From Prochlorococcus marinus str. NATL2A (lineage in GTDB: Bacteria > Cyanobacteriota > Cyanobacteriia > PCC-6307 > Cyanobiaceae): 32,000 nt of DNA. The notes under the pieces were generated by a model that saw only the letters and a list, made by a program, of their open reading frames with translations, was not told the DNA's origin and did no database searches. Positions 28,631 to 32,000 of the stretch are shown here, one piece after another. The DNA lies in contig NC_007335.2 of the NCBI RefSeq assembly GCF_000012465.1, positions 1,260,001 to 1,292,000 of the forward strand. Direction: 5' to 3'. Both the position numbers and the translations under genes were made by a program. Position 1 is the stretch's first letter; each line of letters opens with the position of its first letter.

Positions 28631-28659
28631 TTTACAAATAATTTAATAAAAGGTATTCT
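28631..28659 (+). promoter_or_regulatory. candidate sigma70-type promoter for ORF 28680
   Basis: TTTACA (28631-28636), a 17-nt spacer, then TATTCT (28654-28659), about 20 nt upstream of the ATG. AT-rich context makes chance matches likely. Confidence 0.25.
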
Positions 28660-28679
28660 AGTATACATGCCATAAATAA

Positions 28680-28874
28680 ATGCAAGAAGATCCCAAAAGC
28701 ATAGAAGATTTATTAGTCAAAGGTTTATCTCATATTCTAAAAAGAACAGTAGAGGTCAGTCCAAGGGATCAATTAGCAATTGCCCAAGAGTATAAAGAAT
28801 GGATAAATTGCATATCTGCTAGTGATTTCTCAGAGCAAGAGATTCTAGTAATAGATAAGTTTACATTTACCTAG
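28680..28874 (+). CDS. small hypothetical protein, paralog-like to ORF 8941-9201
   Basis: 64-aa ORF. 'QLAIAQEYKEWINCIS' aligns with 'SYAISQEFCEWITCIN' of the 8941-9201 ORF at 9 of 16 identical positions by eye. Confidence 0.45.
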   Translation: MQEDPKSIEDLLVKGLSHILKRTVEVSPRDQLAIAQEYKEWINCISASDFSEQEILVIDKFTFT

Positions 28875-29578
28875 AATATATATTTTATCTGGTTAAAAAT
28901 TCTAAAAATATATATCTTTTATTTTATGATTTAAGACTAATAGGATAAGTTAAAGATAATTTTTGGAATTTAATAAATATATAGTCTATCTATGTAACTA
29001 TAAATAGAAAAATTGAAATTTATTATCTATTTTTATATTTTCTTATTTAATTTATAATAAAACTATATAGATAATTGAAATAAATACCCAGATTCACGTT
29101 AAGCTATCAAGGAAAGAAAATTGACACTAATTGATACTAATGTACTATAGAGAGACGTTTCGATCGTATCGAAGAATCTCGATTTTCTTTCACCCACTCT
29201 TACAAAATCATTTAATTTACTGAGCATGATTAATGAAACAGTCAACAGAGGTAGGGAGATCTTCTCGTATTTAATCAACCAATCAACTGGAGTATCTAAT
29301 GGAATCTTCAAGCACTTCAAGCTGGGAATCGACAAAGAGCCTAAAGCTTTCAAGCGGACTAGAAATTGGAAGAGAAGCACTTATAACAAGCTCCACAAGA
29401 GAGTTAGTTGAATTTTACTGGACAAATCGGAAGCGATTTTCTGGCGGTTACTTAGGCTTCCCTTCAAAAATAAATAGTACTCAGGAGAAATAAAAACTGA
29501 ACTTAAAATTTCCTTTTTTTGTTTTTTGATCTAAGTAGATAATTTATTATTAAGGCTATTACAAAAAACAAATTAATA

Positions 29579-29604
29579 AATAATGATTATCATTTATCAT
29601 TATT
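29579..29604. repeat. inverted repeat AATAATGAT-N8-ATCATTATT (Fur-box-like)
   Basis: 9-bp perfect arms at 29579-29587 and 29596-29604. The stretch AATAATGATTATCATTTAT matches the E. coli-type Fur consensus GATAATGATAATCATTATC at 14 of 19 positions by hand. It overlaps the stop and last codons of ORF 29590-29805. Confidence 0.6.
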
Positions 29605-29805
29605 TACTTGATACGAATTCGGAGCAATGATTAAAAATAATATCCACCAAACAAGAATAAAAAATCCTAAAATAGAAGATATTATAATGTTATTTAAGAG
29701 TTTAAAACTAAAAATTAGAACTAAAACACCAAAGCTAATAATTGACCAAGGTTGACACCAATAAGGCTTTGAATCCCAAAAACTTTTTTTTGCATTTGTA
29801 TCCAT
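29590..29805 (-). CDS. small two-TM membrane protein ('KPYWCQPWSI' motif)
   Basis: 71 aa with two hydrophobic helices. I recall the 'W.SKPYWCQPW' N-terminus as a conserved small cyanobacterial membrane-protein family, but this is unverified. It lies 47 nt downstream of the repeat-protein gene on the same strand. Confidence 0.55.
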   Translation of the reverse strand: MDTNAKKSFWDSKPYWCQPWSIISFGVLVLIFSFKLLNNIIISSILGFFILVWWILFLIIAPNSYQVNNDK

Positions 29806-29852
29806 TAAAGAAACTTGTGAAATGATTAAAGCTATCCAATACTAACGGCTTA

Positions 29853-30353
29853 CTAAGGCTTATCTTCCCAAACAGGCTTATCTTCCTCAACAGGCTTATC
29901 TTCTTCAACAGGCTTATCTTCTTCAACAGGCTTATCTTCCCAAACAGGCTTATCTTCCTCAACAGGCTTATCTTCTTCAACAGGCTTATCTTCCCAAACA
30001 GGCTTTTCTTCCTCAACAGGCTTATCTTCCTCAACAGGCTTATCTTCTTCAACAGGCTTATCTTCCTCAACAGGCTTATCTTCTTCTACAGGCTTATTTT
30101 CCTCAACAGACTTATTTTCTTCAATCGGTTTAATTTCAACTATGTTGTCGATTGAAGAAGAGGAGTCGCTGCTTGTAAAAATCTGAGAGACCTCAATAAC
30201 CGAATCAGACTCGGAGTCCTTAAGTAAAAATTTCAAAACATACCCAAGAGAGACAAACAAAGCTATTGGGAGGAAAAGTCCTAAAAGCAATTTATAGAGG
30301 ATTATTCCTATACCAAGGACACCAATAGAAATAAGAATGTTCTTCTTGTTCAT
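29853..30353 (-). CDS. membrane-anchored acidic protein with C-terminal (E-D-K-P-V-E)n hexapeptide array
   Basis: N-terminal hydrophobic region 'ILISIGVLGIGIILYKLLLGLFLPIALFVSLGYVL', a Ser/Asp/Glu linker, then 15 hexapeptide units running to the TAG stop. Confidence 0.6.
   Translation of the reverse strand: MNKKNILISIGVLGIGIILYKLLLGLFLPIALFVSLGYVLKFLLKDSESDSVIEVSQIFTSSDSSSSIDNIVEIKPIEENKSVEENKPVEEDKPVEEDKPVEEDKPVEEDKPVEEEKPVWEDKPVEEDKPVEEDKPVWEDKPVEEDKPVEEDKPVEEDKPVWEDKP
29856..30125. repeat. 15 x 18-bp tandem repeat (plus-strand unit AGGCTTATCTTCYTCAAC)
   Basis: Segmented by hand. Units 1-13 are near-identical and units 14-15 degenerate. Three units carry the variant ...CCCAAAC (Trp instead of Glu). 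Units 1-3 are identical to units 5-7, giving a 54-bp higher-order block. Confidence 0.97.
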
Positions 30354-30468
30354 ATGAGCTAATTGAATAGATTCTAAATCTAAGCTATTTCTGAGTTATC
30401 TACATCACATGTCTTTAACGCGATGTCTATTTAAATAATCTAAATTACAAGTATTAACATTAAATTCA

Positions 30469-30894
30469 ATGCTCATCAAAGAGAAAGAATTAAAAAAATT
30501 CTTCAATTTGTCTTATGGAGAGAAAGCTCCATCAAGGGAAGAATGGGAATCCTTATACAATAAACAAGTTAAATTTATAGATCCTACCCAAGAAAAAAAT
30601 GGAATTGATGCTTATATCAAAGCCCAAGATGGATTAATCAAAAGATGTGATGATATTTATCTAGAATCACACTCAATTGCCATCAATAAGAATATTGCTT
30701 TTGTTGAATGGACAATGGGGTTAAAAATAAAAGGTCTCGAATTTTTATACGATGGGACAACCAGATTGATATTTGATGAAGAAGGTAAGGTTAAAGAACA
30801 TAGAGATTATTTTGATTTTTGTTCTGGAACATTTGGAAATGTCCCAGTCTTAGGAGCATTTTTTAGATGGTTATATTCAAGATTTGTGGATTAA
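30469..30894 (+). CDS. NTF2/SnoaL-like fold protein
   Basis: 141 aa. The 'FVEWTM...YDGTTRLIFDEEGKVKEHRDYFD...PVLGAFFRWL' pattern resembles SnoaL-like proteins as I recall them. Confidence 0.65.
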   Translation: MLIKEKELKKFFNLSYGEKAPSREEWESLYNKQVKFIDPTQEKNGIDAYIKAQDGLIKRCDDIYLESHSIAINKNIAFVEWTMGLKIKGLEFLYDGTTRLIFDEEGKVKEHRDYFDFCSGTFGNVPVLGAFFRWLYSRFVD

Positions 30895-31170
30895 AATAAT
30901 TATTATTTTTAAAAATCATAGAGAAATTTCCAATCATTTCTCTTTCTTTGATTATCTTTCATAAGAGTTTGCTTTGTTTCCTAACAAGAATCTAAGCATT
31001 TTCATTTTTTGCTTTCGTTTGAGAAACCATAAAAGAACTAGTAAATTTACCTAATCGAAATCCAAGCAAAAATAATATTTAGTCATTTTCTAAATTTTGT
31101 TTGATTATTTAGTTGATTACGTAATTAATTTTTTTATTAGCTATAACACAAGTGTTGCTGGAAGAATCAA

Positions 31171-31527
31171 ATGGGAACATTAGTTGAGTTAATCAAGGAA
31201 ACCTACGACCATAAAGCATGCTTAGAAATTGCCAGTAGTGGCTGCTCTGATGGGGCCTGCACAAGGCATAACTATCAAGCTGACACTCTCTTGCTCTATA
31301 TGAGTTACTCAGATGAGATAATCAAATACACTTCAGAAAGACTCGGATACAATTTTCTATCTAATCTTGCAAGAGATTTTGGTTCACCACTAAAAGATAA
31401 TAAAGATCAAGATAATTTCTCATGGCAAGAAGTAGTTTCGGCTTGTCCAAATAAGGACGACTATAAACATGCCCTTGTATGGAAATTTATAGAATTAGTT
31501 GCCAAAGAGAAAAGTTTAGATCACTAA
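31171..31527 (+). CDS. small hypothetical protein, phage/plasmid-like
   Basis: 118-aa ORF. The 'SSGCSDGACTRHNYQADTLLLYMSYSDEI...' N-terminus and 'ALVWKFIELVA' C-terminus recall a small family seen on phages and plasmids (GC.SG....Y..DT..FY...EI ... W[FL]A.E..A). Unverified recollection. Confidence 0.5.
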   Translation: MGTLVELIKETYDHKACLEIASSGCSDGACTRHNYQADTLLLYMSYSDEIIKYTSERLGYNFLSNLARDFGSPLKDNKDQDNFSWQEVVSACPNKDDYKHALVWKFIELVAKEKSLDH

Positions 31528-31577
31528 TAATTCAGCACGGAGATTAATTGGTAATAAATTCTCTATTAGTTGAGGAT

Positions 31578-31802
31578 TTAACCTACAAGTAATTTAATTT
31601 TCAAAAAAAGATCAATTACAGGTTTCATCCAAAGAGGTTGAAAAATAAAATAAATTATAACGAAGAAGAATATTGCACATATTATTCCATAAAATTGAAC
31701 CTCTATTTCTTCACAAATCTCTTCAATCCAAATAAAAAAAGATTTATTTCTACTGTCTCTTTCCATTGAAAAATAGATTAGAAACGTAGTATATCCGAAC
31801 AA
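31578..31802 (-). CDS. possible small membrane protein
   Basis: ORF track only. One clear hydrophobic helix, very AT-rich, no other support. Confidence 0.25.
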   Translation of the reverse strand: MFGYTTFLIYFSMERDSRNKSFFIWIEEICEEIEVQFYGIICAIFFFVIIYFIFQPLWMKPVIDLFLKIKLLVG

Positions 31803-32000
31803 TAAAAAGTTTCAAAATAATATTTATTAAATGCCTGTGATTTCTCCATATTTATATTCAATAGATAAATTGAATATAAAATTATTGAACAAAAGACTCG
31901 GCAGAATGGATTTTTAAGTAAATTAACTTATTAATATATAAAAAAGAAAAATTGAAGAATAGCCCTTCTATTGAAGAAATTGTTTCAGTAACTCTTAGCT

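Noticed and set aside
29735-30070. 111-aa minus-strand ORF 'KISLLRKISLL...'
   Set aside because: It is an alternative reading frame through the 18-bp tandem array. The EDKPVE frame continues into a proper N-terminal membrane anchor with an ATG start, whereas this frame is an artefact of repeat periodicity.
29856-30125. Possible CRISPR array
   Set aside because: The 18-bp units are directly adjacent with no spacers, lie in-frame inside a CDS, and no cas genes are visible.
31803-32000. 28-aa ORF MPVISPYLYSIDKLNIKLLNKRLGRMDF at the window end
   Set aside because: It is too short, lies in extremely AT-rich DNA, and has no motif or RBS. It is indistinguishable from chance.

Overview
The window looks like a low-GC marine picocyanobacterium of the Prochlorococcus type. 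This is an inference from AT-rich codon usage, a psbD/psbC overlap, ycf4, ycf39, a PetM peptide ending '...LLLKLQGD', and an NTRC-type thioredoxin reductase.

Nt 1-26376 is tightly packed and reads as core genome: cysS, an SNF transporter, dxr, pntAA/pntAB/pntB, ntrC, an IF-1 paralog, ycf39, petM, ilvH, a lipoprotein cyclophilin, ycf4, psbD-psbC, maf and cobQ. It continues with tRNA-Ser(CGA), an iron-associated group (futA, a PiuC-like hydroxylase, a small secreted protein, a porin) and glyQ.

From about 26.4 kb to the window end the character changes to an island-like accessory region. Intergenic gaps are long and extremely AT-rich, and ORFs are short, mixed-strand and mostly orphan. Two genes have a mobile-element flavour, and there are two GC-elevated patches and a 15-unit 18-bp tandem repeat inside a membrane-protein gene.

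The best candidate for an undescribed system is a tightly packed five-gene same-strand cassette at 26907-28571. It comprises a GC-rich DUF3102-like/coiled-coil gene, three small hydrophilic orphans (two below the ORF-track cutoff, translated by hand) and a small membrane protein. I cannot assign it a function from sequence alone.

No CRISPR array, integrase, transposase or rRNA is visible. All homology statements are recollection of family motifs, not searches.
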